Source: Marinobacter sp.
Lineage (GTDB): Bacteria > Pseudomonadota > Gammaproteobacteria > Pseudomonadales > Oleiphilaceae
NCBI GenBank assembly: GCA_018623515.1
Contig: JAAZVL010000001.1
Span: forward strand, 6,037-70,036
Direction of reading: 5' to 3'
Length of the DNA: 64,000 nt
Made by a program: the position numbers and the translations under genes. Below the pieces are notes generated by a model. It saw only the letters and a list, made by a program, of their open reading frames with translations, was not told where the DNA came from and made no database searches. Positions 40,873-50,789 of the stretch are shown piece after piece (position 1 is the first letter of the stretch; each line of letters begins with the position of its first letter).

Positions 40873-41475
40873 AGGCCGGGCCTTGATGCGATCGTACCAG
40901 GCCTGAAGGTTGGTGTGCTCCGGCTTGATCCGGATATTCACCACCCGGGCAAAGGCTACGGTGGTGAAGGCATTGATGTCAGCGGCTGTGAGCCGGTCGC
41001 AGCAGATGTATTCCTTACCTTCCAGGTGTTTGTTCAGGAAGTGCATGAACTTCTCCACTCCCTGACCACACTCCTCACCCCATTCCTTGATAGGGTTCAT
41101 CCGGTCCTTGAAATAACCGGTGGTGTGCTGGAAACACATGCCTGTGGGCATGAAAAAGTAGAAGTCGATCCAGCGCAGCCACTGTTCCAGATACGCCTTT
41201 TCCAGGGGCGTCTCACCCAGCAGTTTGGGCGCATCGGGGTAAGCTTCTTCAAAGTAGCGGCAGATGGCCATGGTCTCGGCAATGCAGGTTCCGTCATCCA
41301 GTTCCATCACCGGCACTTTCTTCATGGGATTACGGGCAACGAATTCCGGTGTCAGGTTCTCGCCCTTCTGCAGGTCGATCTCGACGAATTCGGCCTCGTC
41401 CAGCAGGCCCTTCTCGGCCATGAACATGCGCACGCGGCGGGGATTCGGGGCGGTTTTTGTTTCGAAGATCTTCAT
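40858..41475 (-). CDS. Glutathione S-transferase family protein
   Basis: APNPRRVRMF, NPMKKVPV, ETMAICRY and WYDRIKARPS motifs. Confidence 0.92.
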   Translation of the reverse strand: MKIFETKTAPNPRRVRMFMAEKGLLDEAEFVEIDLQKGENLTPEFVARNPMKKVPVMELDDGTCIAETMAICRYFEEAYPDAPKLLGETPLEKAYLEQWLRWIDFYFFMPTGMCFQHTTGYFKDRMNPIKEWGEECGQGVEKFMHFLNKHLEGKEYICCDRLTAADINAFTTVAFARVVNIRIKPEHTNLQAWYDRIKARPSAQA

Positions 41476-41570
41476 GGTGATCGGCTCCGTTCCGGGTGTT
41501 GGATGGATGAACGTGATTGCTGAGAACAGCACAGAGACTGACCGCAAAAAACAGTTGCGTCAAGCAACTG

Positions 41571-42308
41571 TTAATCCCTCGGCAGCCAACGACGGATCTG
41601 CTCCAGTATCCACCCGGGCTCGTCCAACGGCAGGTCGTGCCCGGCATCGGGATGCAGCCTGAGGGTCCATTGCCAGCGGGATTCCAGGGCTTCACTGCAT
41701 TTGAAGTGCACGATCCGGTCGCCCCGGCTGGCAAGCAGCAGGGCATCGGGCAATGGTCGGTGAGGCGCTGGGGTGAAGCGGGCCGCGGCCCGCAACTGAT
41801 GGAAGGCATTGGCCAGGCTGACCGGTCGCTGACGCTGAATGCTGTACCAGCGCTTGGCGAGGGCCAGCGGCACGGGCCGGTTGGAGGTTAGCTGCAACAG
41901 GTCCCGCTCCCGGTCAAACAGCTCCCGGCGCGCCAGCAACCGGAGCACCCTGGGCCAGGCCACCGGTCGCATTCGTTGCCAGGGCGGGCTGAATCCGGAA
42001 CTGGTATTGATCATCACCAGATGCTGGATTTCACCCAGATCTGCGTTCTGGGCCCAGTCCAGCGCTACCATGCCGCCCATGGACAGCGCAATGATACCAA
42101 TGGGCCGGGGGATGTGACTGACCTGCTGGCAGACCCGCCGGCGAATGCCTTCGATGGTATCCGGGCTGTCCTGCCGATAATGGACACCGGTACCGGGAAG
42201 GTCAACCGCATGGAAACGGTGGCCGGGAAACGCGGATTGCAAGGCCATCGGGAAATCCCCCCAATGCGCCTGCTCCCGTGTCAGTCCCCGCAACAGTATC
42301 CAGTGCAT
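41571..42308 (-). CDS. Alpha/beta hydrolase
   Basis: LLRGLTRE, DLPGTG, ALSMGGM nucleophile and AGHDLP motifs. Confidence 0.87.
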   Translation of the reverse strand: MHWILLRGLTREQAHWGDFPMALQSAFPGHRFHAVDLPGTGVHYRQDSPDTIEGIRRRVCQQVSHIPRPIGIIALSMGGMVALDWAQNADLGEIQHLVMINTSSGFSPPWQRMRPVAWPRVLRLLARRELFDRERDLLQLTSNRPVPLALAKRWYSIQRQRPVSLANAFHQLRAAARFTPAPHRPLPDALLLASRGDRIVHFKCSEALESRWQWTLRLHPDAGHDLPLDEPGWILEQIRRWLPRD

Positions 42309-42309
42309 G

Positions 42310-43410
42310 TCAGATTGAATCCCGGTACCAATGCATGATCGCCGCTTCCCTCAGCATGGCCTCCTGCTCCTGTTCCGGCAACCAGTTCCGGTGACTGGCG
42401 GCGGCGTTGAGCAAAAAATCGATCCAGGTAAGGTGTGTGCGTAACACGCGCTTGTGACGATGGGGCACCAGAGGATTGAACAGACCGTCAAGCCGGAACA
42501 GTTGCCGCGGGCGTTTACGAATCCAGCGCCAGGATCCCATCTCCAGAGTCAGGGGCAGGAACACGCCCGGATTGTCCCGGTTGATCTGCTTGTAGAAGTA
42601 GTCCCAGAGGTCGCCATGGGTCAGATAATGACGTGACTGGGGCTCGAACCTGTAGTCATGATTGGGGTAGGCCTGCTCCCAGATCAGTTTCAGGGCCATC
42701 ACCGCCGCGATCCGCCGCATTGGACGACGGCGATAGGCGTATGGAAACCAGATCTGGTCCTGCCATCCGAACCCGCTGTGGCAATCCAGGGCAACACTGA
42801 ACGACCGCCCCGGCAGCAGTTCCCGGATGACGGTTTCCAGGGCCTGATTCTCCACCTCCATGCCCTGCTCGGGATCGCCAATGTACCAGGGGAGCCTGCG
42901 GGACAGTCGCTGACCGCCCAACAGGAACGCACTGCGATCCTGGGCCGTAATCGGCGCGTTCCGCATCAGGTCCACCCCGCTGGGGTTACTGCGCTGATTC
43001 AGGTACATCCCGCCCGGATTGAGTATCGGCAGGACCGTCACGTGAACCCGTTCCAGCAGCGCCGCCAGCTGTTCATCCCAGGCCAGCCTTTTCAGCAGGC
43101 CGTCCAGCCAGGCCATGACCACCTGGGACCCGATCCGCTCCAGCCCGTGCACGCCACCAACCAGCAATACCGCGGGGGCCTCCGGCCTGGATGAACCAAT
43201 GTCGACCCGATAGATCGGCAACCGCAGATCGTCCAGGGCGACATGATCAACCACACGGCTGTGAACCTGCTCCGGTGCTTCAGCCAGCATCCGTTCCAGT
43301 GCCGTCATCTCCGGCAGGAAGGTTCTCAGCTGCTTCCGTTGCCGCTGTCCCCGCTGCGATTGCTCATCGGCAATTGCCATGTGGGGGGTCAGATCACGTA
43401 ATTCGGTCAT
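42310..43410 (-). CDS. M14-family zinc carboxypeptidase-like protein (DUF2817-like; start uncertain)
   Basis: GGVHGLE, NPGG, VDLMRN, LDCHSG and LTLEMGS motifs. Confidence 0.8.
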   Translation of the reverse strand: MTELRDLTPHMAIADEQSQRGQRQRKQLRTFLPEMTALERMLAEAPEQVHSRVVDHVALDDLRLPIYRVDIGSSRPEAPAVLLVGGVHGLERIGSQVVMAWLDGLLKRLAWDEQLAALLERVHVTVLPILNPGGMYLNQRSNPSGVDLMRNAPITAQDRSAFLLGGQRLSRRLPWYIGDPEQGMEVENQALETVIRELLPGRSFSVALDCHSGFGWQDQIWFPYAYRRRPMRRIAAVMALKLIWEQAYPNHDYRFEPQSRHYLTHGDLWDYFYKQINRDNPGVFLPLTLEMGSWRWIRKRPRQLFRLDGLFNPLVPHRHKRVLRTHLTWIDFLLNAAASHRNWLPEQEQEAMLREAAIMHWYRDSI

Positions 43411-43693
43411 GCACACACCTCCAGCCAACAACCTTTCAAGATAACCCCCGGAAGCTACAGAATGTTGACAGTGGCAGGGAAAATATGACGACAAATACGA
43501 CGCTTTATTTGCCATTTCCTTGAATCTCGATTCATTTTCCTTATGCTAGAAAGGGAATTCTCTCGAGAAATTTTGTTTTGAAGAACGCAGTAGCGGTTCC
43601 AAAAACACCCCCTCCCTCCGATCCCGTGCGATCGCAGTTTGGTCATTCCTGTAAGCGCTCTGCTGCGTTACCAACCCCAAAGGAGAAGTAACC

Positions 43694-44665
43694 ATGAAGA
43701 AGTTTACTTCTGCCGCGCTTCTGTGTGCGGCGGCAATTCCCGGCATGGCCCAGGCCAACGAGTGTGGTGAAGTATCCATCACCGAGATGAACTGGGCGTC
43801 CAATACGGTGGTTACCAATGTCGCCAAATTCATCATGGAGCAGGGCTACGGCTGCGATGTCACCATTGTTCCCTCCGATACCGTGCCGGCAGTCACCTCG
43901 GTTGCCGAAAACGGTGAGCCGGACATTGTCACCGAGTTGTGGCTGAACTCCGCCGGCGAGGCCTACCTGCGCCTGGAAGAGCAGGGCAAGGTTGAGCGCC
44001 TGGGCAAGGTGCTGGATCCGGGCGGTGTTGAAGGCTGGTGGATTCCCACCTACCTGGCGGAGAAGCACCCGGAGCTCACCACCATCGAAGGTGTGATGGC
44101 CAATCCGGAGCTGGTGGGCGGTCGCTTCAACAACTGTCCGGATGGCTGGGGCTGCCGTGTGGTCAACGACAACCTGATTCGCGCCCTGGACCTGGAAGAA
44201 TCCGGCATCGACGTCTTCAACCACGGTTCCGGTGAAACCCTGGCGTCTTCCATGGCCTCCGCGGTCCAGAACGAGGAACCCTGGTTCGGCTACTACTGGG
44301 GCCCGACCGTACCGCTGGGCAAGTACGACATGACCCGGGTTGACCTCGGCGAAGTCAAACCGGAAGTGCATCAGAAAAACCAGACGCCTGATGCAGATAA
44401 CCCGGGTGTCTCCGACTTCCCGGCGGCCACCATCCTGACCTCGGTCACAACCGACTTCAAAGACCGTGAGCCGGAAGTCGCAGAGATGCTCAGCAAGCTG
44501 ACCTTCAAGACCTCGACCATGAGCTCGATTCTGGCGTGGATGGACGCCAACAACGCGTCTGGCGAGGAAGCAGCTGTCTATTATCTCAGCAACAACAGCG
44601 ACGAGTGGTCCACCTGGCTGAACGACTCGGCCCGGAAAAACCTCGCAGCGATTCTCGATAACTGA
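43694..44665 (+). CDS. Betaine/quaternary-amine ABC transporter substrate-binding protein
   Basis: CGEVSITEMNWAS, GYGCDV, CPDGWGC and WFGYYWGP motifs. Confidence 0.88.
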   Translation: MKKFTSAALLCAAAIPGMAQANECGEVSITEMNWASNTVVTNVAKFIMEQGYGCDVTIVPSDTVPAVTSVAENGEPDIVTELWLNSAGEAYLRLEEQGKVERLGKVLDPGGVEGWWIPTYLAEKHPELTTIEGVMANPELVGGRFNNCPDGWGCRVVNDNLIRALDLEESGIDVFNHGSGETLASSMASAVQNEEPWFGYYWGPTVPLGKYDMTRVDLGEVKPEVHQKNQTPDADNPGVSDFPAATILTSVTTDFKDREPEVAEMLSKLTFKTSTMSSILAWMDANNASGEEAAVYYLSNNSDEWSTWLNDSARKNLAAILDN

Positions 44666-44677
44666 TCGACCCATCCT

Positions 44678-44717
44678 GCCCGGGACGACTTTTCCGGCCC
44701 GTCCCGGGCTTTCTTTC
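44678..44717 (+). terminator. Stem-loop between SBP and permease (partial terminator or mRNA stabiliser)
   Basis: GCCCGGGACG...CGTCCCGGGC-TTTCTTT. Confidence 0.55.
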
Positions 44718-44759
44718 CAATCCATCCGACTCCAGATACCCAGGAGAGGCTGACCCCTG

Positions 44760-45794
44760 ATGGCAACCTACGATTCGTTATTTTCATCACTCGGGCTTGA
44801 GGAATGGTGCTCGCAAGGCAAGAGCGATGCCCCCATGTCGATGGAGGCATTGCTGGCAAAGACCAAAGGCGGCAACACGGAACCGGAATCGATCTGGGAC
44901 GCGCCTTTCCCCTCGATGGATGCGCTCAACGAATCCTGTGCGGCCTTTCCGCAGTCGCGGGAGCTGACCAAGGGGCTGGAACAGGGGTTTCTCGCGATCA
45001 AGGACAGCCTCAGCCTGATACTCGATCCGCTGACCCAGCCACTGAGCTGGTTCCTCGACAGTGCGCTCTACGCCATGCTCAACACGCCCTGGTGGATCGT
45101 CATACCGCTGCTGCTCGCGGTGGTCTATCTGGTCACCAAGTCCTGGAAGCTGATGGCGTTCGTCGGTGGCAGTATCATCCTGCTGGCGTTCATCGACCAC
45201 TACGATTACGCCATGCAGACCCTGGCCATCATCTTTGTCTGTGCCTTCCTCTGCGTCTTGCTGGGCGTACCCATCGGCATTGCCATGGCGCGGAGCAACA
45301 CCCTTCAGCGACTGATCATACCGGTGCTGGACATGCTGCAGACGCTGCCGCCGTTCGTGTACCTGATACCGCTGATCTTCCTGTTCAGCGTGACCGAGTC
45401 CAAGCTTTACGGCATCGCCATCATTCTCTACGCCATTGTGCCGGTGATCCGCCTGACCAACCTCGGTATCCGGCTGGTGGACAAGGATGTAATCGAGGCG
45501 GCCGACGCCTTCGGCATGACGCCCCGGCAAAAGCTGTACAAGGTCCAGATTCCGCTGGCACTGCCGAACATCATGGCCGGTGTGAACCAGACCATCATGA
45601 TGAGCCTGGCCATGGTCGTGATCGCCTCCCTGGTTTCCGCGCCAGGTCTGGGCGTACTGGTCCTGAGAGGCATCCGGAATCTGGAACTGGGTGTTGGCCT
45701 GGTGTCCGGCCTGGGCATTGTCATCCTGGCGGTGATTCTCGACCGGGTTACCAAGGCGTCGCTCGCACGCATCAACGCGTCCCAGAAGCAGTGA
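44760..45794 (+). CDS. Betaine-class ABC transporter permease (ProW-like)
   Basis: PVLDMLQTLPPFVYLIP and EAADAFG...KVQIPLALPNIMAGVNQTIM motifs. Confidence 0.92.
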   Translation: MATYDSLFSSLGLEEWCSQGKSDAPMSMEALLAKTKGGNTEPESIWDAPFPSMDALNESCAAFPQSRELTKGLEQGFLAIKDSLSLILDPLTQPLSWFLDSALYAMLNTPWWIVIPLLLAVVYLVTKSWKLMAFVGGSIILLAFIDHYDYAMQTLAIIFVCAFLCVLLGVPIGIAMARSNTLQRLIIPVLDMLQTLPPFVYLIPLIFLFSVTESKLYGIAIILYAIVPVIRLTNLGIRLVDKDVIEAADAFGMTPRQKLYKVQIPLALPNIMAGVNQTIMMSLAMVVIASLVSAPGLGVLVLRGIRNLELGVGLVSGLGIVILAVILDRVTKASLARINASQKQ

Positions 45795-45804
45795 GGAAGA
45801 TCCC

Positions 45805-46860
45805 GTGACGAAAGACATCAAGATTTCGATCAGAAACCTGTTCAAGATCTTCGGCCCGGATCCGGACGTGGCCCTGGAGTATGTGCGCCGGGGCATGAAC
45901 AAGGCGGACCTGCTGGAACAGCAGAACCATGTGTTGGGTCTTCGCGATATCAACGTGGATATGCGGGACGGTGAGATCACCGTGATCATGGGCTTGTCCG
46001 GTTCCGGCAAATCAACCCTGATCCGTCACCTCAATCGCCTGATCGAGCCGACCGCCGGGGAGATCCGGGTGGATGGCGAAGACGTGCTCAGCTACACCGA
46101 GGAGCAGCTGCGCCAGCTCCGGCGGGAGCGCATGTCGATGGTGTTCCAGAAGTTCGCCCTGCTGCCCCACAAGACCGTGCTCGAGAATGCCGGCATGGCC
46201 AAGGCCATCCGTGGCTACACCACCTCGGATTTCGAGGCCGATGCCCGCAAATGGCTGGCCCGGGTCGGCCTCGAGGGTAACGAGAACCAGTACCCACACC
46301 AGCTCTCCGGCGGCATGCAGCAACGGGTCGGGATTGCCCGGGCACTGGTATCGGATGCCCCGATCATGCTGATGGACGAGGCGTTTTCGGCGCTGGACCC
46401 ATTGATCCGCTCGGACATGCAGGACCTGCTACTGGAACTGCAGGAGGAACTGCACAAGACCATTGTGTTCATCACCCACGACCTGGACGAGGCGCTCAAG
46501 CTCGCCGATCACCTGGTCATCCTCAAGGATGGTGAAGTGGTGCAACAGGGCGATCCCCAGGACATCCTGCTCAACCCGGGTGATCCCTACATCGTCGACT
46601 TCATCTCCGACATCAACCGGGCCCGGGTGCTTCGGGTGCGCTCGGTCATGAAGCCAGGCACGGACAGCGGCGAGGACTTCGCGGGCGACATTTCCGAGCG
46701 CGACAACCTTGAAACCGTGCTGGAACGCTCCGGGGGCGATACCGACCTGGCCTTTCGTGTTGTCCGGGACGGTCGCCAGGTCGGCTCCCTGCATATGAAG
46801 GATCTGACCAAAGCCCTGGTACCGACGGCCGCGGCAACGGAATCACACCAACGGGTATAG
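45805..46860 (+). CDS. Betaine-class ABC transporter ATPase (ProV-like)
   Basis: GLSGSGKS, LSGGMQQRVG and MDEAFSALDPLIR motifs. Confidence 0.93.
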   Translation: MTKDIKISIRNLFKIFGPDPDVALEYVRRGMNKADLLEQQNHVLGLRDINVDMRDGEITVIMGLSGSGKSTLIRHLNRLIEPTAGEIRVDGEDVLSYTEEQLRQLRRERMSMVFQKFALLPHKTVLENAGMAKAIRGYTTSDFEADARKWLARVGLEGNENQYPHQLSGGMQQRVGIARALVSDAPIMLMDEAFSALDPLIRSDMQDLLLELQEELHKTIVFITHDLDEALKLADHLVILKDGEVVQQGDPQDILLNPGDPYIVDFISDINRARVLRVRSVMKPGTDSGEDFAGDISERDNLETVLERSGGDTDLAFRVVRDGRQVGSLHMKDLTKALVPTAAATESHQRV

Positions 46861-46942
46861 CAAAAGGGATGGTTACAAACCGCGGGCGGGGGGCTATGCT
46901 AGATGCAGTCTCCGCTCACCCGCGGTTAACCGGTCCCGACGA

Positions 46943-47776
46943 ATGCCCAAGCTTTTCCTGCTCATACTGACGTTGTTTCTCTCGGCCTGCTCCCCCGAGG
47001 AGCCGTCCCGTTCCCCAACCGAGCAGATCCAGCCCGCCGCTTCGCCCGGCCTCGATACCCCGAAGCCGGAAAATCGGACGGTGGTACTGGCCGCCGATCC
47101 CTGGTGCCCCCACAATTGCGTCTCCGGATCAACCTCTGAAGGCTACATGGTAGACCTGGCCCGTGAGGCTCTCGGGCGGGCAGGATTTGAGGTGACGTAC
47201 GTGAACATGAGCTGGGCACGGGCACTGGAACAAGCCAGAGCAGGCCATATCGACGGCATCATCGGGGCGTTCACGTCAGACGCTCCCGACTTCATCTTTC
47301 CGGAAGAACACCTGGGCACCTCCCACATCGAGCTGTACACCCAGCCCGGACAGGACTGGCACTACGAGGGCATTGATTCATTGCGGAGCCAGACCCTGAT
47401 TGCCCTCAACGGCTATTCCTATTCCCCCGAACTGGATGATTACATCCTGCGTAATCGCGATGATCGGCAGCGGATCTGGATTCTCTCAGGGCCGGCCCCG
47501 CTGGAGCGCGCCATCAAACTGATCCTGGAGCAGCGTTCGGATGTGCTCCCGGAAGATCGTGATGTCATGGCATGGACGCTCAAGCACCAGCTACCGGGCG
47601 TCCAGCTCCGTATGGCGGGTGCCCTCTACGATACACCGGTCTACATCGCCTTTTCCCCCGCCAGCCGCCGTTCGGAAGAGCTGGCCGACGCGCTCAGCCG
47701 TGGCATCCGGGCGCTGAGGGCATCCGGACGCCTGGCAGAGATCCGCTCGGGCTACGGTGTATCGCCGGTGGACTGA
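46943..47776 (+). CDS. Family-3-like periplasmic substrate-binding lipoprotein (orphan)
   Basis: Lipobox LSAC; ADPWCPHNC...GYMVD, SWARAL and YIAFS motifs. Confidence 0.75.
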   Translation: MPKLFLLILTLFLSACSPEEPSRSPTEQIQPAASPGLDTPKPENRTVVLAADPWCPHNCVSGSTSEGYMVDLAREALGRAGFEVTYVNMSWARALEQARAGHIDGIIGAFTSDAPDFIFPEEHLGTSHIELYTQPGQDWHYEGIDSLRSQTLIALNGYSYSPELDDYILRNRDDRQRIWILSGPAPLERAIKLILEQRSDVLPEDRDVMAWTLKHQLPGVQLRMAGALYDTPVYIAFSPASRRSEELADALSRGIRALRASGRLAEIRSGYGVSPVD

Positions 47777-48735
47777 AAAGCGGTAATGATGTCACCGGAG
47801 GGGGTGCTCAGCTGCAACTGCCCGCGGCGCCCGATCTGCACCCGGGACACTTCGCCGAGCAACCGGAAAAAACGGGTTTCCTGGTTCATCAGCGCCGGTG
47901 CGCAGGCCATCCGGGTTGAAGCAAGAGCACCAAACCCGATGCCCTCGCCGGTCAGCTGGTAGCTGCCGGTATAGCGGTTGCAGGACCCCCGCCCTGCTAC
48001 CCGGTTGTCAGCAAGGAACCGGATGGTCACCCGGGAACTGTCAATAATTCCGGCGCCGGCAATGTCCTCGACAACCCACTCGGCTCCCCGCAGCAACCGC
48101 TGTGGATCGCCTCCGCAGCCGTTAAAGGTCTGCCCGTTTACCGTCAACCGGGCCTGGGCCGGATACTGGGCGCCAGACATGCTGTCCTGGCACAGCTGGC
48201 GTGCCACGGTCAGCCGGACATTGAGATCATCACCTCTGGCCAGAAATTCCCGGCCATGGCGATCAGCCAACACGCTTTCGACCTCAAGCCGCTTCACGCC
48301 ATCCTTTTCAAACGGGCGTTCCAGCCGGAGTTCGGTGCCGGAGACTACCGCTCGCCAGAACGGCTCGTTACCCCTGGCCTCGAATGGCATTTCCACCGCC
48401 CCGGGCACCAGACACTCAGGATAGGTTTCGCCCCGGATGGTGAGGGTTGCCCGCTCACCCTTGCTCCAGAAACGGGTCTGGTCGTCACCCGGTGCCACAT
48501 ACAGGGCGCCGGATGCGCTTGTTTCGGGTTTGAGCAGCAACCGGCGATCCAGGTAATCAATGCCCAGCAGGTCCCGGTTTTCCCCGGGAGTAACCCGGAT
48601 CTCCATCTGGCCACAGTGATAGACCGGGTTCGGATTCGGCTGCGGTCCGGCTCCGGGTTGTCCGCTGGAAGCACAGCCGGCCAGCAGTCCCCCAACCATC
48701 AAACCGGCGAACCCTGTGCGGTATCGTACAAACAT
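47752..48735 (-). CDS. Lipoprotein with MliC-like, COG3650-like and META (HslJ) domains
   Basis: LAGC lipobox; SASGALY..FWSKG; ARGNEPFW..CQDSMSG..GCG; GSCNRY..STRMAC. Confidence 0.8.
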   Translation of the reverse strand: MFVRYRTGFAGLMVGGLLAGCASSGQPGAGPQPNPNPVYHCGQMEIRVTPGENRDLLGIDYLDRRLLLKPETSASGALYVAPGDDQTRFWSKGERATLTIRGETYPECLVPGAVEMPFEARGNEPFWRAVVSGTELRLERPFEKDGVKRLEVESVLADRHGREFLARGDDLNVRLTVARQLCQDSMSGAQYPAQARLTVNGQTFNGCGGDPQRLLRGAEWVVEDIAGAGIIDSSRVTIRFLADNRVAGRGSCNRYTGSYQLTGEGIGFGALASTRMACAPALMNQETRFFRLLGEVSRVQIGRRGQLQLSTPSGDIITAFQSTGDTP

Positions 48736-48874
48736 GATCTCTCCAATGATCCCGATGACAAGGCCGGTATTGTAGGCCCACCGCGTCGGTTCCGCCATGA
48801 CGCAGGTCCGCTGGCCGAGCACCGGATTCGGCGGTATCGTAGTGGCCCTGACGTTTACCCATGAGGTTGCTGCC

Positions 48875-49618
48875 ATGACCGTCCGGCTTTACCAGTTCGC
48901 CATATCCCATTACAGCGAGAAAGTCCGCTGGGCCCTGGATTACAAGGACATTCGCTACCAGCCGGTGAATCTGCTACCCGGCCAGCACGTCAAGACCATC
49001 CGGGCCCTGACCGGCAAGGCATCCTCGGTCCCGGTACTGGACCACGATGGTGAAATCATCCAGGGCTCCTCGGCCATCCTCGATTACCTGGATGAGGCCT
49101 TTCCGGAACACCCGCTGACGCCAGCCGATCCGGCGAGCCGGGAGCAGGCACTGGCCTGGGAAAAGCGCCTGGATGACGAGGCCGGCCCGGCAATCCGGTG
49201 CTGGGCCTATCACTATCTGCTGCAGCGCCCCAAGCTGGTGGTTCCCATGCTGGCCTCCGGCACCCCCTTCTACAATCGCATCCTGCTGAGCCTGGCCTTC
49301 AGCCGGGTCGACGAGATCATGCGCGACTGGATGAAGATCAACCAGAAAACGGCGGATGCCTCACAGCAGGTTCTGGAAACCCTGCTCAGTGAACTGGCGG
49401 ACCTTTACCGGCAGCAGCCCTACCTGGCCGGCGATCGCTTCTCCCGCGCCGATCTCACCGCCGGGGCCCTGCTCTCGCCGCTGTTCCAGCCGCCTCAGTA
49501 TCCGGTGCCCTGGCCAAAGCGGCAGCGACTGTTGCCGGCGATGAGATCCTGGCTCGACCAGTGGCATGAACAGATAGAGCCACTGGCCGATCTGTACCGG
49601 ACACACCGCCAGCGCTGA
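48875..49618 (+). CDS. Glutathione S-transferase family protein
   Basis: SHYSEKVRWALD, VPVL, SSAILDYL and FSRADLT motifs. Confidence 0.87.
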   Translation: MTVRLYQFAISHYSEKVRWALDYKDIRYQPVNLLPGQHVKTIRALTGKASSVPVLDHDGEIIQGSSAILDYLDEAFPEHPLTPADPASREQALAWEKRLDDEAGPAIRCWAYHYLLQRPKLVVPMLASGTPFYNRILLSLAFSRVDEIMRDWMKINQKTADASQQVLETLLSELADLYRQQPYLAGDRFSRADLTAGALLSPLFQPPQYPVPWPKRQRLLPAMRSWLDQWHEQIEPLADLYRTHRQR

Positions 49619-49725
49619 TCGGAAAGTTGGCGTAAAACGCCAATGGGCCTGACGCAAAGCGACAATGCATTCCTGCCCGCCTGTGCCAGTATGGATGCCA
49701 GGTAATTAACGGATCGGGACAGGTT

Positions 49726-50676
49726 ATGGCTTTATGGGACATGCTGCAGGCCGTGCTGGAAGACAGCGGGCTGCTCACACTCTGGCAGCAGGTTGCCCCC
49801 TGGCTGGCCCTGGATGAGCGCCAGCTGATTTTCGTGTTTGCCACGCCGGTGTTCATTGCCGTAACCCTGTGGGAATACCTGAAGATCCGCCACGATCCCC
49901 GGCTGATGGATGCCCGGGAAGCGGTCCGCAACTTTGCTTTGGGGGCGGGCTACCAGGTTACCGAACTTCTGTTTGCCGGCGTGATCGCCTTCCCGGTTTA
50001 TGCCCTGTGTTACCACTACCGGCTGTTCGAGCTCGAGCTCAACTGGGTCACCGGCTTCCTGACCTTTCTCGGGGTGGATTTCTGCTTTTACTGGATGCAC
50101 CGGGCCAGTCACCGGATGCGCTGGTTCTGGGCCGCCCATGTGGTCCATCACTCCTCCGAGCGGATGAATTTCTCCACGGCCATGCGCCAGAATGCCACCA
50201 ACATCTTCAACGGCATGTGGGTTTTCTATCTGCCGCTGGCCCTGATCGGCTTCAACCCGGTCTGGATCGGTGTCGCCTATGCCTTTTCCCTGGTGTACCA
50301 GTTCTTCATCCACACCACCCTGGTGGGTCGACTGCCGGGCTGGATCGAACTGCTGTTCAACACTCCGAGCCATCACCGGGTCCACCACGGCCGCAACCCC
50401 GGTTATATCGACCGCAATTATGGCGGCACCCTGATTGTCTGGGACCGGCTGTTCGGAACCTTCGTGGACGAGGACGCCAAAGACCCGCCAGACTATGGCA
50501 TTACCCGCCCGGTACCTTCGAACAACCTGCTGGTGCTCTGGACCCATGAGTACGTGGACCTGTTCCGGGATATGGCGCGCCCCGGAGACCTGTGGTCACG
50601 ACTGAGGCATCTGTGGCAGGCCCCGGAATGGCAACGACCGGTTCGCAGGGAGAATCCACGGAAGGCCCGGGACTGA
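49726..50676 (+). CDS. Sterol desaturase/fatty-acid hydroxylase family protein (alkylglycerol monooxygenase-like)
   Basis: His boxes HRASH, HVVHHS and HHRVHH; NYGG..WDRLFGT. Confidence 0.85.
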   Translation: MALWDMLQAVLEDSGLLTLWQQVAPWLALDERQLIFVFATPVFIAVTLWEYLKIRHDPRLMDAREAVRNFALGAGYQVTELLFAGVIAFPVYALCYHYRLFELELNWVTGFLTFLGVDFCFYWMHRASHRMRWFWAAHVVHHSSERMNFSTAMRQNATNIFNGMWVFYLPLALIGFNPVWIGVAYAFSLVYQFFIHTTLVGRLPGWIELLFNTPSHHRVHHGRNPGYIDRNYGGTLIVWDRLFGTFVDEDAKDPPDYGITRPVPSNNLLVLWTHEYVDLFRDMARPGDLWSRLRHLWQAPEWQRPVRRENPRKARD

Positions 50677-50789
50677 ATCCGGGCAGATCCCGCCGGTTCG
50701 CGGCAAGAGCGGCCGGGGTTCTAATACCTCCCCGCCCTGTGGCATGATCTGCTCTCAGTTATTCCTGACGAATCGAACGCCGAGGATCC

